Below are positions 11,778 through 23,041 of a stretch of DNA of 64,000 bases, piece by piece. Source of the DNA: Alkalispirochaeta sp. (lineage in GTDB: Bacteria; Spirochaetota; Spirochaetia; DSM-27196; Alkalispirochaetaceae). The notes beneath the pieces were generated by a model, which was not told the origin of the DNA, made no database searches, and saw nothing but the letters and a program-made list of their open reading frames with translations. The translations under genes were made by a program, and so were the position numbers. The first letter of the stretch is position 1. Each line of letters opens with the position of its first letter. Where the stretch lies: assembly GCA_965601925.1 (NCBI GenBank), contig OZ271854.1, forward strand, positions 2,528,001 to 2,592,000, read 5' to 3'.

Positions 11778-13407
11778 TGTTCTGCGTCGCATCGTCGACC
11801 GACGGAAAGAGCGACTGCTTCGAGAGGGATATACCCAAGGACTCAGCATTCCCGCTGCGCGCCCTCGGGAGGTGCCGGTGCGCCCATTTCCCACTCCCCT
11901 CATTTGCGAGTTCAAGAGACGCAGCCCATCTCGTGGAGCCCTTGCCGGGGACGCGGACCCCGTGACGCGCGTCGGTACCTACCGTGACGCCGGCGTACAG
12001 TCGGTAAGCGTACTCACCGAGCAAGATCATTTTCACGGCTCTCTCGCCGATCTCGTGGCCGTGAAACGGGCCTTTCCGGATCTCGCGGTCCTGAGAAAGG
12101 ATTTCCTGTTTACCGAGGAGGACATCGAAGTCTCATGGCGCGCCGGTGCGGATGCCGTACTCCTGATCGCGAGTATCCTCTCTCCCGAGACGCTTGTCGC
12201 ACTTACGGCCGCGGCGACGGCCAGGGGCCTCGCGGCACTTGTGGAGGTCCACGATCGCGCCGAACTCGAAAAGGTGCGGGAACTGAAACCGAGGCTCGTG
12301 GGTATTAACAGTCGCGATCTTCGCACCTTTCGCGTCGATCTGCTCTCGCCGTTGTCGTTGGCGCGTGCAATCGATTGGGATGCCCGTCTTGTATTCGAAT
12401 CGGGTATCTTCCATCGTGAGGATGTGCTGCTCGCCAATGACGGCGGCTTCTCCTCACTGCTCGTCGGCGAGGCGGTCGTTACAAATCCCGAGAGAATCCG
12501 CGCGTTACAGGGCGCGTTGCGAAGCGTTCCCTCGGAGCTGCGACGCGGAAGGGAGGATCGCTCCGACGGCTCGAGGAGCTCCTTTTGGCCGACCATTGCA
12601 GTACGACGTGAAAAGATCGACCGGAGCGAAACACACGGTGAATCGCCGACTCGGTCCGATCGAGTCGGCCCGCGCGTCGTACGCAACGGCGGCGACGGCG
12701 CCGCCTACGCTCCACTCGTCAAGATTTGCGGCATCACCAATCGAGAAGACGCTGAGCGCGCTCGCGATCTCGGCGCCGACGTACTCGGTCTGGTCTACGC
12801 CCGCTCTGTAAGGAGCGCACGGCGCGGACTCGCCGCGGAACTTGCACGCGATATCGGCGTCCCGCTCGTCGGAGTCGTGGTGGAGCCCGACGAAAGCGGA
12901 GACGGGGATGCGGAGAACGCATCTCTGCTTGTCGAGGCACTTCGCGACCTCTCGGCGGGCCACCTATCGGCGTTACAGTTACACGGCGGCGCGGGACCGG
13001 AGAAGGCCCTGGATTACGGCTGGCCGTACTACAAAGCGGTGCGACCGGCAACGAGTGATGAAGCGCGCGCTGCGGTTCTGGCGGCTCGCGGTCCGCGCCT
13101 CTTGGTAGACGCGTATCATCCCGCGTTGGCCGGCGGAACGGGGGTACCGGTCGGTGAGCTCATCCTTGATGCGGTCGCGGAGGCGCTCCAAGAACGGCCT
13201 CACGGCGCCCTCTGGCTCGCCGGTGGATTGGGGGCCGAGACGGTGTACGATGCAATCGTGCGTCGCCGACCGGAGTTGATCGACGCCTCCAGTAGGTTAG
13301 AGGCCGAACCGGGAAAAAAGGACCATGAGGCTATGGAGCGGTTTTTCGCGGCCGTCACCGAGGCGGCGATTCACGTGCGGCGCACACAAAAGGAGAGGGC
13401 GACGTGA
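11767..13407 (+). CDS. trpC: Bifunctional indole-3-glycerol phosphate synthase / phosphoribosylanthranilate isomerase (TrpC-TrpF)
   Basis: ICEFKRRSPSRG, SVLTE, LRKDF, GINSRDL, ESGI, then KICGIT, QLHG, GGTG, LAGGL, DASS. Confidence 0.94.
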
Positions 13408-14642
13408 GAGAGGGATATTTCGGCGAGTTCGGCGGGCGATATGTGGCTGAGGTGTTGAGAGGCCCCTTGGATGATTTGGACGATGCATTTCGTATCGCCC
13501 GGGGAGACGAGTCATTTTGGAATGAGTTTCGCGCGATCCATGACGAGTACACCGGACGTCCGACGCCCCTTTTATTCGCCGAGAACAGCACGCGAGAGCT
13601 CGGCGGTGCGCGATTGTACATCAAACTGGAGGGGCTCGCGAACACCGGCGCGCACAAGATCAACAACGCAATCGGGCAAGCGCTCCTCGCCCGGCGCATG
13701 GGAAAGCGGCGTATTATCGCCGAGACCGGCGCGGGCCAGCACGGCCTCGCCACCGCCGCGGTGTGTGCAAAACTCGGACTCGACTGCACGATCTATATGG
13801 GCGAGGTCGACATTGCGCGGCAACGTCCCAATGTCTTTATGATGGAACTATTCGGTGCCGATGTCGTCCCCGTCGCATCGGGGTCGCGCACGCTTAAGGA
13901 CGCCGTCAATGAGGCGCTCAGAGACTGGGCCGCGATGTCGCGCGAGACACACTACATCATCGGTTCCGCCCTTGGCCCGTCGCCGTATCCGGATATGGTT
14001 CGCGAGTTTCAATCGGTCATCGGGCGTGAACTTCAGGAGCAACTGACGGCGCGCGGTGTGGAGCCGACGGCGTTGGTTGCCTGCGTGGGAGGGGGGTCCA
14101 ACGCGATCGGGTTTTTCGCACCTTTTCTCGATGCGACCGGTCCGCGTCTTGTCGGGGTTGAAGCGGGAGGCAGAGCGATTGAACGGGGGATGCACGCCGC
14201 GCGCATGAATGGACTCGGGCGCACGGGGATCGTGCAGGGGTACAAGTCGCTCTTTCTCTTGGACGACGACGGGCAGGTCGAGGCGACGCACTCGGTCTCG
14301 GCGGGGCTGGACTATCCGGGTATCGGGCCGCAGCTCGCCCATCTGGGAGAGTTGGGACGCGTCGAGTTTCGCACCTCGTCCGACTCCCAGGCGTTGGAGG
14401 CGTTGCGTTTTTTTGCGCGGAATGAAGGTATCGTATTCGCATTGGAGTCGGCTCACGGCGGCTATCAGGGGATGGAGCTCGCCCGCAGCTTAGGACCTGA
14501 GGCGACGGTCGTCGTGAACATGAGTGGGCGTGGAGACAAGGATCTGTTCATCACTGCGCGGGAGCTTACTCCGGAACCGTGGAGAGAGTTCTTGGTTGCC
14601 GAGGCCGCACGCATCGACAACGCGAAGGAGATGTCTCGATGA
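13404..14642 (+). CDS. trpB: Tryptophan synthase beta chain
   Basis: FGEFGGRYV, TGAHKINN (PLP Lys), AETGAGQHG, GGGSNAIG, SAGLDYPGIGP, NMSGRGDKD. Confidence 0.97.
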   Translation: MREGYFGEFGGRYVAEVLRGPLDDLDDAFRIARGDESFWNEFRAIHDEYTGRPTPLLFAENSTRELGGARLYIKLEGLANTGAHKINNAIGQALLARRMGKRRIIAETGAGQHGLATAAVCAKLGLDCTIYMGEVDIARQRPNVFMMELFGADVVPVASGSRTLKDAVNEALRDWAAMSRETHYIIGSALGPSPYPDMVREFQSVIGRELQEQLTARGVEPTALVACVGGGSNAIGFFAPFLDATGPRLVGVEAGGRAIERGMHAARMNGLGRTGIVQGYKSLFLLDDDGQVEATHSVSAGLDYPGIGPQLAHLGELGRVEFRTSSDSQALEALRFFARNEGIVFALESAHGGYQGMELARSLGPEATVVVNMSGRGDKDLFITARELTPEPWREFLVAEAARIDNAKEMSR

Positions 14643-15388
14643 CCGCGCCGATCATGGCCCACATGATTCCCTACTATCCCGACCTCGAACGGAGCCGCTC
14701 CGTCGCGCGGGCGCTCATCGACGGAGGCGTGGCCTATCTCGAGATTCAGTTTCCCTACAGCGATCCGACCGCCGACGGTCCGGCAATTCAGGAGGCGTGC
14801 GCAACTGCGTTGTCGAGTGGGTTTCGCGTCTCCTCGGGATGGGAGTTTATCCGGCGCCTCACCTCAACGACGGAGCGGTGCCCACCGATTTTTCTCATGA
14901 GCTACGCGGGGCTGGTCTACGCCTACGGAGTCGAGCGGTTTGTCGAGAAGGCCGCCTCTTTGGGCGTGACCGCATTGATTGTTCCCGACTTGCCCGTGGA
15001 TTCCGACGAGGGCCTACTGGCGGCTGGGAGACGGCATGAAGTAGAGATCGTCCCGGTAATCGCCTTCGGAGCGCATCCCGAACGTGTGCGGTTGGTGCTG
15101 GACGCCGGCACACGCTATCTGTACGCGTCGCTTCGCCGTGGCACTACTGGATCGCCGACGGAGATCGGCGAGGAGAATATCACATTTATCGAGGAGCTCG
15201 GAAAAGGAGGCGCAGCGGTAATGGCCGGTTTCGGCATCGTGACGGCAGATCAGGTCAAAACCGTGACGACGTACGCCCATGCTGCGGTCATCGGCTCCGC
15301 CTTTGTGCGCTGCGTTCGGAGTACGGTAGGCGATCCGTATGAGGCGGTCCTGTCGCTCGCGAAGGAGCTCCGCGGCATCGATCGATAG
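14639..15388 (+). CDS. trpA: Tryptophan synthase alpha chain
   Basis: EIQFPYSDPTADGPAIQ, IVPDLP, GTTG, AGFGI; ATGA overlap with the trpB stop. Confidence 0.94.
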   Translation: MTAPIMAHMIPYYPDLERSRSVARALIDGGVAYLEIQFPYSDPTADGPAIQEACATALSSGFRVSSGWEFIRRLTSTTERCPPIFLMSYAGLVYAYGVERFVEKAASLGVTALIVPDLPVDSDEGLLAAGRRHEVEIVPVIAFGAHPERVRLVLDAGTRYLYASLRRGTTGSPTEIGEENITFIEELGKGGAAVMAGFGIVTADQVKTVTTYAHAAVIGSAFVRCVRSTVGDPYEAVLSLAKELRGIDR

Positions 15389-15463
15389 TACCGAGCGCTA
15401 CGGGTTCGCCGATCCTCATCGTGCGAGTTGACCCTGTGCGTTCGGTCGCGTACTGTAGGACGT

Positions 15464-15784
15464 ATGGAATTAGACGTCACGAGTGACAACTTTGAAAGTG
15501 CCGTGGTGAAATCCGATGTGCCGGTTCTGATCGATTTTTGGGCGGACTGGTGCATGCCGTGTAAAATGATCGAGCCTATCGTCGAAGAACTTGCCGCCGA
15601 GTACGACGGGCGTCTTGTTGTGGGGCGTCTGAACGTCGACGAACAGGCGGAACTCGCCGCGCGCTACGATATCGTGAGTATTCCCTCGTTGCTCATGTTT
15701 AAAGACGGTGAGGTGGCCGACCGCCACGTGGGAGCGGCTCCCCGAGAGACGTTGGTCGAATTTATCCAAAACCACGTGGAGTAG
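15464..15784 (+). CDS. trxA: Thioredoxin
   Basis: PVLIDFWADWCMPCKM, SIP cis-Pro motif, 106 aa. Confidence 0.93.
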   Translation: MELDVTSDNFESAVVKSDVPVLIDFWADWCMPCKMIEPIVEELAAEYDGRLVVGRLNVDEQAELAARYDIVSIPSLLMFKDGEVADRHVGAAPRETLVEFIQNHVE

Positions 15785-15820
15785 TCCGCAGTATTCCGAG
15801 GTGCGCCGGGTTAATGCATC

Positions 15821-16849
15821 TCACCGCTGATATGTCTCGTCGGTGTTGGTGTACCCCGGCGAGGCGCTGCTCGTCGGGCCGATGTGCCAATCAAGAGCGG
15901 TGTCGGTATCCCGACCATCGTTGTTACGGTTGAGCGAGCGTGTCGCCGTGCTATCCTTAGGATCGATTCCGTCCTCCGGTATGACTTCCGCTCCGTCGAT
16001 CTCCCACGCGCCCGCCTCGACGACCTCCTCGAACATATCCACCTGTGACGCCAGACCGAATCCGCGCAATGGACTATCGGGGTCGTAGCGCCTGGTAGTG
16101 TACAGCACGGCGTCGACGATGGGACCGTCGGGATACGGGGTAATCGATAGCGCTCCGGTGGAGTTGGGAATGCCGTCTCCTCCCTCGACCCAGAAGTCCC
16201 ACGCCTCGGGGTGACTATCGCGTCCCCCGCTCTCGTCGCGACGTTCCGTTTCGTCGATCTCTTCGGGAATCGCCTCCGGTTTGAAGTGAACGATGACGTA
16301 ATCGTCCGCCTCGACCGACACATCGGGAAAGACGAAGCGGCTGTCCCACGTACCGGGGCTCCCTTCATAGAGTGTAAGGCCGCCCAGATTGCCCGCCGCC
16401 AATACACGAAGCTCAACCCAGTCGGGGCGGGTTCCCGAGCCTTCGCAGACAAACTCGTTGATGAGGACCGGCGGAAGCTCCTCGTTGAGCCCGTATACCG
16501 AGACCACGATCGACGAAATGTTCCCCGACTCGTCCGCTACCACCGCATCTATCCAGTACTCGGCACCCGGCTTGAGCTCGCTGTCGGTATGCAGGTGGAG
16601 CTCGCCCTCTCGCCATTGGGACGAGACAATCTCCCTGTCGGGCGTAATGAAGGCGCGCTTCAACTCCACCGTCTCGTCAAATTCGAGCGCGACGACTGCG
16701 GGCGAACGGGCGAAGACACCCGTGAGGATCGGTGAGGACCAATCGCCGTCTATCATGTTCGGAAGCTCCGGGACGGCCGAGCAACCGATATTGCAAAGGA
16801 TTACCGAGAGTGATATCGTCATCGCCGATACGGAGCGCCGTCGAATCAT
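15821..16849 (-). CDS. Lipoprotein with lamin-tail-like (LTD) domain
   Basis: SD GGAGG; lipobox-like NIGC; PVLINEF..DWVEL and terminal SPG motifs typical of LTD-like domains. Confidence 0.65.
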   Translation of the reverse strand: MIRRRSVSAMTISLSVILCNIGCSAVPELPNMIDGDWSSPILTGVFARSPAVVALEFDETVELKRAFITPDREIVSSQWREGELHLHTDSELKPGAEYWIDAVVADESGNISSIVVSVYGLNEELPPVLINEFVCEGSGTRPDWVELRVLAAGNLGGLTLYEGSPGTWDSRFVFPDVSVEADDYVIVHFKPEAIPEEIDETERRDESGGRDSHPEAWDFWVEGGDGIPNSTGALSITPYPDGPIVDAVLYTTRRYDPDSPLRGFGLASQVDMFEEVVEAGAWEIDGAEVIPEDGIDPKDSTATRSLNRNNDGRDTDTALDWHIGPTSSASPGYTNTDETYQR

Positions 16850-16961
16850 GGGGAACCTCCTCTCTTTACCGTTACAGCGGCCGGAGGCGTGACGCTTCGT
16901 TTGCGGTCCGGTTGCGGTCCGCCGAGGGCGGGGCTATACTTCCGCTCAATGGAGAACAAAA

Positions 16962-17582
16962 TTGTCGGATAACCCGCTATTCGAGAAATACGGACAGACG
17001 GTCCGAGACGGAACGGTGCTCTTTCAAGAGGGCGACTCCGGCGACAAAATGTATATCATTCAGTCCGGAACGGTAAAAATAACGAAGACGATTGCGGGCA
17101 GGCAGCACCTTTTGGCGGAGTTGACGAAGGGCGATTTTTTCGGTGAGATGGCGATCGTCTCGCTCACCGCGCGTTCAGCGACGGCAACCGCATCGGGCGC
17201 GACGGAGCTCCTTACCTTCGACCGCCAGGGGTTCGAGGCCATGATCGGCAAAAATACCAAGATCGCCATGAACGTCATCGACAAGTTGTCGAGGCGCCTT
17301 CAAAATGCCAACGCTCAGATTCAACAGCTCGTCCGACGAAACGAGCGCAGCATGGTGGCGCTTAACCTGTATAATCGTTTCATGGAATGCAAGTCCGCAG
17401 AGAAGACGTTGACCTTCGGTAAAACCGTAGAGATGATCGCCCTCGACCTCCAGTGTCCCAGGGACTTGGTGTCGGATACGCTCTACGAGTTCGATCGGAT
17501 GGACATCTGTAAAGTCGACGGCAACGCGCTACATTTGAAAGACAAAAAACGGCTGGTCGCACTCGCCAGCGTGGAGGATTAA
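16962..17582 (+). CDS. Cyclic-nucleotide-binding Crp/Fnr-family protein
   Basis: LFQEGDSGDKMYIIQSGTV, GDFFGEMAI, RSATA; TTG start with SD GGAG. Confidence 0.85.
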   Translation: MSDNPLFEKYGQTVRDGTVLFQEGDSGDKMYIIQSGTVKITKTIAGRQHLLAELTKGDFFGEMAIVSLTARSATATASGATELLTFDRQGFEAMIGKNTKIAMNVIDKLSRRLQNANAQIQQLVRRNERSMVALNLYNRFMECKSAEKTLTFGKTVEMIALDLQCPRDLVSDTLYEFDRMDICKVDGNALHLKDKKRLVALASVED

Positions 17583-17588
17583 CCACTC

Positions 17589-19412
17589 ATGTGTGGAATT
17601 ATCGGTTATTGCGGCCCTCGGCTCGCCGCTCCAATTTTGCTCGAAGGGCTCAAGCGACTCGAGTATCGCGGGTACGACTCCGCGGGCATTACCGTCGAGG
17701 ATGACGGCGCCTTTCAACTCATCAAGCGTGCCGGAAAAATCAACGACCTTCGCGGCCACGTCCCCTCCGATCTACCGGGTAACGTAGGAATCGGGCACAC
17801 GCGCTGGGCCACTCACGGCGGCGTAAATGATACCAACGCCCATCCCCATCTCGACTCATCGATGCGCGTGGCTATCGTTCATAACGGCATTATCGAGAAT
17901 TATCACGTTCTGAAAGAGCGTCTCGAGTCGGAAGGTCATGAGTTCGCAAGCGATACGGACTCCGAAGTCATCGCCCATCTGGTCTCCGATTTTTACAAAG
18001 ACGATCTGGAAGTCGCCGTTAAGGAGGCGTTGAGTCTCCTCAAGGGTACCTACGGCATCGTCGCCATGCACCTTGACGAGCCCCATCGGCTCGTGGGTGC
18101 GCGCAACGGCTCGCCGCTCGTCCTCGGTATCGGTGACGGCGAGATGTTTCTCGCGAGCGACGTGACGGCGATCATCACGCATACCAAACACGTCGTGTAT
18201 ATCGAAGACGGCGAGGTGGTGACGGTAACCCGGGACGATTACGCTACAACCGACTTGCGCAACAACCGCATAGAGAAGCAGATCGACCATATCAGCTGGG
18301 AGTTGGAGGAGATCGAAAAGGCCGGATTTCCTCACTTCATGGAAAAAGAGATCTTCGAGCAGGAAGAGTCGATCGCCCGGGCGATGAAAGGGCGCATCGA
18401 TTACGAGTACGCTACCGGCCACCTCGGCGGTCTCAACCTTTCCAATCGCGAGCTGTTGGATATCAGTCGAGTGAAGATTCTCGCGGCGGGGACGAGTTTT
18501 CACGCCGGGTTGGTTGCCGGCTACGTGCTGGAGTATCTCGCTCGGATTCCGGCAAGCGCCGAACTCGCGAGCGAGGTACGCTACCGCAACCCGATCGTCG
18601 AGCGTAACAGCCTCTACTTCGCGATCAGTCAGTCCGGCGAGACGGCCGACACGCTGTATGCGATGCGTGAAGTGCAGCGCAAAGGCGGACGTGTTTTGGG
18701 GATTTGTAACGTGGTCGGTTCCACGATCGCCCGGGAGTCCGACGGCGGAGTGTACATTCACTCCGGCCCGGAGATCGCCGTCGCATCGACGAAAGCCTTC
18801 ACCAGTCAGCTGGCGGCGCTCTATCTCTTTGCGTTGAGCATGGCGCGCATGCGGGATATGTCCTATGAACAAGGGTTGCAGTTCGTGGAGGCTCTCGATG
18901 CCGTGCCGGGGCACGTTCACGAGATTTTGGAACATACCGAGCCGATTCAGGAGTTGGCGCGCAAGTATGCCGGCTCGGAGGACTTTCTCTTTCTCGGACG
19001 CGGCATTAACTATCCGGTGGCTCTCGAAGCCGCCCTCAAGCTCAAAGAGGTGAGCTACATTCACGCCGAGGGTTATAGCGCAGCGGAGATAAAGCACGGT
19101 CCGATCGCCCTGATTAACGAGGAGACGCCGTCGTTCTTCATTATTCCCAACGACGGTTTGCGCGATAAGGTTATAAACAGCATCAAAGAGGTGAAGGCCA
19201 GAGGCGGCCCGGTTATCGCTTTAGCAGTGGAGGGGGATCACGAGGTGGCGTTGATCGCCGACGACGTACTGTATGTGCCGCGTGCCAATGAGCTAATGTA
19301 TCCCTTTCTTATGGCGGTACCGACGCAGTTGTTCGCGTACTACTGCGCGCTCGAGCGAGGGTGCAACGTCGACCAGCCGCGCAATCTCGCAAAGAGCGTC
19401 ACGGTGGAGTAG
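17589..19412 (+). CDS. glmS: Glutamine--fructose-6-phosphate aminotransferase
   Basis: MCGIIG, LEYRGYDSAG, GHTRWATHG, SQSGETADT, VASTKAF, PRNLAKSVTVE. Confidence 0.98.
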   Translation: MCGIIGYCGPRLAAPILLEGLKRLEYRGYDSAGITVEDDGAFQLIKRAGKINDLRGHVPSDLPGNVGIGHTRWATHGGVNDTNAHPHLDSSMRVAIVHNGIIENYHVLKERLESEGHEFASDTDSEVIAHLVSDFYKDDLEVAVKEALSLLKGTYGIVAMHLDEPHRLVGARNGSPLVLGIGDGEMFLASDVTAIITHTKHVVYIEDGEVVTVTRDDYATTDLRNNRIEKQIDHISWELEEIEKAGFPHFMEKEIFEQEESIARAMKGRIDYEYATGHLGGLNLSNRELLDISRVKILAAGTSFHAGLVAGYVLEYLARIPASAELASEVRYRNPIVERNSLYFAISQSGETADTLYAMREVQRKGGRVLGICNVVGSTIARESDGGVYIHSGPEIAVASTKAFTSQLAALYLFALSMARMRDMSYEQGLQFVEALDAVPGHVHEILEHTEPIQELARKYAGSEDFLFLGRGINYPVALEAALKLKEVSYIHAEGYSAAEIKHGPIALINEETPSFFIIPNDGLRDKVINSIKEVKARGGPVIALAVEGDHEVALIADDVLYVPRANELMYPFLMAVPTQLFAYYCALERGCNVDQPRNLAKSVTVE

Positions 19413-19457
19413 CGTATCGAGCGTCTCCGAACGGGGAGTGCGACGGGGTGGTCGCTT

Positions 19458-19958
19458 GTGGCCGCGGTTGCGCTCCTCGCCTTTGTGGCGCCGATCGGCG
19501 CACAGGAGATCGATTCGTACGCCTTTCTTCTCGCGCAGCCTCGGTTTCGTATCGGGTTACCGCAACTGCCGGCCAACACGATTCGGCATTTTGCGGCGCA
19601 GTACGACCTGTCCGGGCGCATTATCGATGTCTCCGTCGCTCCCGATTTCCCGTCCGACGGCGACGCCGCGGTAACGACGTCGGACTCGTGGCGTGTCGTC
19701 CCGTGCGACATTCCCCTCGAGCGATCCACGGCGGGAGAACGGTCCTCGGTCGCACGCGCCTACGCTGGGGACTACGACGTGTATATGACGGCTCTCGAGG
19801 ATGAGACTATGTTATGCCGCTTTGCCGTCCAGTTCACCACGACATTCGACTTCTTTCTCGAGGCCCTCGGTCTGAGAGACGACACGTTGAGCGGTCCCGG
19901 CGCGGCTATCGGCGGTGTCGTACCGCAGTTTCCCGGTGTGTTGGACCTCGACGGTTAG
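19458..19958 (+). CDS. Exported hypothetical protein
   Basis: ORF fills the gap; signal-peptide-like N-terminus. Start is uncertain. Confidence 0.5.
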   Translation: MAAVALLAFVAPIGAQEIDSYAFLLAQPRFRIGLPQLPANTIRHFAAQYDLSGRIIDVSVAPDFPSDGDAAVTTSDSWRVVPCDIPLERSTAGERSSVARAYAGDYDVYMTALEDETMLCRFAVQFTTTFDFFLEALGLRDDTLSGPGAAIGGVVPQFPGVLDLDG

Positions 19959-20014
19959 GCTCGCACTCAACTCGATCGGCGTTCGTGCCGATTTCTCACA
20001 ATGAGGTAATCGGT

Positions 20015-21184
20015 ATGAAACTCCCACGTGTCGGGGACTGGGTCCTCATAGGTATTCTCCTCGCGGCCGAAGTTGTCGCGGCCCAGGGGCTCGACGGGCA
20101 GACCCCAGCAGCCGAAGACGGAAGCGGGAACGCGGGAGCGGTAGATCTGTCCATTACTTCCGAGGATCTGCGGATCGAACAGAGCATCGAGGGGGGGTAT
20201 TACCTCCGGATACGGAAGAAGGACGGTATCAACTCGGTACTTCTTACCGAGTCGACCGAGGCTCCGGAGCGTAATGTCAGTACGTTCGCGTACCGTTCGC
20301 CCACCTTTCATCCCACGATCGGCAATGAGCGCCGGATACTGGACGGAGAGTTTTTGCCCCTCGACGGGCGCTATTTTTTGGTGGATAGCACGCCTGAGCC
20401 CGACGAGGAGTTCGGTTTAGCTTTTCGTATTTTCATCCCCTATATCTTGGAGTACGGGTATCCGTGGACGCGAAACGGCGAGGTGATGGTTCTCGACGGT
20501 ACCTACCTCAGCATACGCACCTTCGAGTTTCAGTACGCCGACTATCGCGGCGCCTTTGCGGACAATCCGTTCATACTCAGGGTGGAGCAACGACCCTTCG
20601 AGGGGCCGCCTGAAGGTAACTTCATGCCCGACACCGTCGAAAGCTTTCTCGATATCTCGGCCGAGAACGACGGCGAGGCGCTCTACTCACAAGGGCCCGA
20701 GGATACGCTCAATCAGATCGCGGCGTTGCTGCCCGACGGCGAAGAATCGCTCGATCTGGTGCTTGCGCTCGATACCACCCAAAGCATGCGCGACGACATG
20801 CCGGTCCTCCGCGACGAGCTTGTCGCACTCTTGGAGTCCGAGAGCGCCGGATACGAGTCGTTCAGAATCGGCTTCATGCTCTACCGTGACTATCTGGAGG
20901 ACTACCTGGTACGGAAGTACGATTTCGTCGCCGATTTCCTGAGTGTACAGGATCGTCTCAACCGTATCCGCGTCGGCGGAGGACGGGACATACCCGAGGC
21001 GGTATACGAGGCGTTGTGGGCGAGCGTCGAAGGGTTCGAGTGGTCGGCGACGCAGCGTATGATCATTCTGGTCGGCGACGCCCCACCGCATCCGCGTCCG
21101 AGGGGAACCATTACGCGTGAACAGGTCTTCGACCGCGCCGGGGAGCTCGATGTGCAGATCAATACGATCATCCTGCCGCAGTAG
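20015..21184 (+). CDS. Exported vWA-domain protein
   Basis: Signal peptide; DLVLALDTTQSM (MIDAS), GGRDIPEAVYEAL, ILVGDAPPH. Confidence 0.85.
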   Translation: MKLPRVGDWVLIGILLAAEVVAAQGLDGQTPAAEDGSGNAGAVDLSITSEDLRIEQSIEGGYYLRIRKKDGINSVLLTESTEAPERNVSTFAYRSPTFHPTIGNERRILDGEFLPLDGRYFLVDSTPEPDEEFGLAFRIFIPYILEYGYPWTRNGEVMVLDGTYLSIRTFEFQYADYRGAFADNPFILRVEQRPFEGPPEGNFMPDTVESFLDISAENDGEALYSQGPEDTLNQIAALLPDGEESLDLVLALDTTQSMRDDMPVLRDELVALLESESAGYESFRIGFMLYRDYLEDYLVRKYDFVADFLSVQDRLNRIRVGGGRDIPEAVYEALWASVEGFEWSATQRMIILVGDAPPHPRPRGTITREQVFDRAGELDVQINTIILPQ

Positions 21185-21210
21185 ATCTCCGTGCGCACCG
21201 TTCAAACCCA

Positions 21211-22986
21211 TCAGATCGGGCGTGTCGCCTCATCGAGCCACGCGCGATCACGCGCTTCAAGGCCTTCGGAGAGCGCATCGCGGACGCGCGCGTGATAGTC
21301 ATTGAGCCACGCTCGTTCTACGTCGTCCAGCGCGTCCGCCTTGATGAGGCGCCGATCGATCGGGCATAGCGTCAACGTTTCGAACGCGAGAAAGCGACCG
21401 AACTCGCTCTCTCCCGCGTCGGTTACGGCAAGAAGATTTTCGATCCGAATGCCGTATTTGCCGACACGATACAGCCCCGGTTCGTTCGAGACGATCATGC
21501 CGACTTCCAACGGCCACGGCGGGGCCTGAGGGGCGATTTTCTGCGGGCCCTCGTGGACGTTGAGAACGTATCCCACTCCGTGGCCGGTGCCGTGACCGTA
21601 GTTGCGCCTGTGGGCCCAGAGATGCTGGCGCGCGATCGTGTCGACGGCGGCGCCGGTGGTGAGGCGAGGAAATATGAGACGCGCCAAGGCGATGTGCCCT
21701 TTGAGTACCAGCGAGAAGTCGTCGATCACCGCCTGATCGGGTGCGCCGACCGCAACGGTCCTCGTGATGTCGGTGGTTCCATCCCGGTATTGCGCGCCCG
21801 AATCGATCAGGTATACACCGTTTGTGTCGAAAGGAGCCGGTGACGCGGGATCTAACGCGTAGTGAATGATCGCCCCGTTGGCATCGAATCCCGAAATATA
21901 GTTGAAGCTGTCGCTCACGTACGAGGCGTCTTCACAGCGAAATCGTCGCAGCCGTTCGGCAGCCGTAAGCTCGTCAAGTTTGTCGCCGGCGGCAACGGCG
22001 TCGTCGATCCACGCAAGAAATCGCACCATGGCGCGGCCGTCTCGCACCATTGCCTGTCTTAGATTGGCAAGTTCGATCGTATTCTTTTGTGCCTTCATCG
22101 CCGTCGTCGGCTGCATCTTTTCGACGCGCTCGACGCCGTTCATGGCCGCCGTCGTAGCCCAACTGACCCGCTCGGGATCGATCAGGACGGGGCCCGCTAC
22201 CGCGCCGATATCCGACTCGAACGCGTTGTACGGTCGCACCGCGCAGTCGATCTTCTTCAGCGCCTCCGACGCCTCGCTCGTCAAACGCGCGGCGTCGGTA
22301 TAGAGCGTGAGATCGGCGTCGGTAACGATCGCGTAGGCGAGAAAGACCGGGTTAAAGGCGACATCGCTCCCGCGTAGGTTGAACAGCCACGCTATGTCGT
22401 CCAGCGTCGTTATGACGTGGCTCCGCGCGCCGACCCTCTGCATCGTTCCGCGGAGACGGTGAAGCTTTTTCGCCGCAGATTCGCCGGAGAGCGAGTCTTC
22501 GAGTACCCATACGGGCTCCGAAGGAAGTTCGGGACGATCGCGCCATAGCTGCTCCATCGGTTCGGAGACGGCCGTGAGTTCGATGCCGGCCCGGGAGAAC
22601 AGCGCATCCATGGTGCGTTGGTGGGACAGCGTCACGAGACGCGCGTCAACGCCCACCCGCTGCCCGGCCCGTAGCGATGAGGCGAGCCATTCCGGGAAAT
22701 CGGCGCTCCCTTCGGTATGGAGACGGTGAAGCACGAACTCGCTGCCGGCTAAAGCGCTCTCGGCCTCCAAAAAGTAGCGCGAATCGGTCCATAGACCGGC
22801 GTGATCGTGGGTGACGACGACTGTGCCTGCGGAACCACGAAATCCGCTTACGAAGGCGCGGGAGGAGAATCGTGCGGGCGTGTACTCACTTTGATGCGGA
22901 TCGGTGGTTGGAATAATGAGGGCGTCGACGGTCTGTTTGGTCATCCATACGCGAAGATCGGACACGATCGATGAGGGCTGATTCAT
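21211..22986 (-). CDS. Xaa-Pro aminopeptidase (aminopeptidase P, M24B)
   Basis: DPHQSEY, GFRGSAG, WTDSRY, LIDSGAQYRDGTTDITRT, HGTGHGVG, VHEGP, SNEPGLY, GIRIEN. Confidence 0.93.
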   Translation of the reverse strand: MNQPSSIVSDLRVWMTKQTVDALIIPTTDPHQSEYTPARFSSRAFVSGFRGSAGTVVVTHDHAGLWTDSRYFLEAESALAGSEFVLHRLHTEGSADFPEWLASSLRAGQRVGVDARLVTLSHQRTMDALFSRAGIELTAVSEPMEQLWRDRPELPSEPVWVLEDSLSGESAAKKLHRLRGTMQRVGARSHVITTLDDIAWLFNLRGSDVAFNPVFLAYAIVTDADLTLYTDAARLTSEASEALKKIDCAVRPYNAFESDIGAVAGPVLIDPERVSWATTAAMNGVERVEKMQPTTAMKAQKNTIELANLRQAMVRDGRAMVRFLAWIDDAVAAGDKLDELTAAERLRRFRCEDASYVSDSFNYISGFDANGAIIHYALDPASPAPFDTNGVYLIDSGAQYRDGTTDITRTVAVGAPDQAVIDDFSLVLKGHIALARLIFPRLTTGAAVDTIARQHLWAHRRNYGHGTGHGVGYVLNVHEGPQKIAPQAPPWPLEVGMIVSNEPGLYRVGKYGIRIENLLAVTDAGESEFGRFLAFETLTLCPIDRRLIKADALDDVERAWLNDYHARVRDALSEGLEARDRAWLDEATRPI

Positions 22987-23041
22987 GGCGCCATTCTATC
23001 ACACCGGCGTAAACTTTTTTTTACTTTTTCCCGTAAAAGAG

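Noticed and set aside
17560..17600. glmS ribozyme
   Set aside because: Only 6 nt separate the Crp-family gene from glmS, leaving no room.
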